In this document: piece after piece, positions 1-64,000 of the stretch | Layout of the letters: every line of letters starts with the position of its first letter | Numbering within the stretch: the first letter of the stretch is position 1 | Source: Octopus sinensis | Lineage: Eukaryota | Assembly (NCBI RefSeq): GCF_006345805.1 | Contig: NC_043000.1 | Coordinates: 42,160,001-42,224,000, forward strand | Direction: 5' to 3' | Length of the DNA: 64,000 bases | The notes under the pieces: model-generated | What the model was told of the DNA's origin: nothing | The model's database searches: none | Seen by the model: only the letters and a program-made list of their open reading frames with translations | Made by a program: the position numbers and the translations under genes

Positions 1-63377
<63,377 letters not shown>

Positions 63378-64000
63378 CTGTTGTAGAAAGAGAAAAAAAA
63401 ATGACAAAAAACAAGGGAAAAAGCAAACAAATTGTTTTAGGGATGATGATGATGGTTGAAGCAGAAATAGGTTTTGAAGTGAACACTGATGCTGATAGGA
63501 ATGATAATGGTGATAATGACAAAGTTGATGACACTGATTAATGCAGATGTTCATGATGATGATAATGATGCTGATGCTCTTGAGCTGTTGCTGTTGAGCG
63601 AACAGTCTTCGTCCCAGAGCTCGCAAGATGGGAGAAGTCCGAAACGTGATCCTCCGCTATTTGTAAGACTCGCAGAAGAGAAAGCAGGTCAACCCCCGAC
63701 ACCGAGAGCATCGACGGATGGATGGATGAATGCGTATCCAAGCTCAGTGGTTGCGTAGGAAGTCGGGGACAAGAAACAGGAAGAAAGAGTGAGAGAAAGT
63801 TGGGGTGAAAGAGTACAACAAGGGTTGCCAACACCCCCTGCCGGAGCCTCGTGGAGCTTTAGGTGTTTTCACTCAATAAACACACACAACGCCCTGTCTG
63901 GGAATTAAAACCGCGGTCCTCTGACCGTGAGTCCACTGCCTTAACCACTGGGCCATTGCACCTCCACTGCTGATGCCGATAATGATGATGGTGAAGATGT

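Overview
AT-rich, microsatellite-dense metazoan DNA. The SINE and LINE repertoire suggests an octopus or other coleoid cephalopod (inference). The whole window lies inside one minus-strand multi-exon gene. I traced 21 exons (~2.94 kb coding, ~980 aa) whose spliced product follows the ASH/Ig-like domain succession of CFAP47 (cilia- and flagella-associated protein 47); the gene starts right of the window and continues left of it. All junction phases are consistent except one GC-donor exon (59548-59593) that is 1 nt short. The introns hold two 5'-truncated RTE LINEs with a PHD finger inside the RT, many RTE 3' ends, four tRNA-SINE families, R4/Dong fragments (one inside (TAA)n), mariner/hAT/Helentron relics, a foldback element and interstitial TTAGGG repeats. 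The main find is a set of unrelated short non-coding elements, mostly embedded in (TA)n, that carry minimal type I hammerhead ribozyme folds. These include a ~360-bp tandem-plus-inverted retrozyme/Penelope-pLTR-like array at 32.2-34.1 kb. Across families the catalytic 3:8 pair occurs as C:G, U:A and G:C. All homology calls are from recalled sequences and manual inspection; no searches were run.
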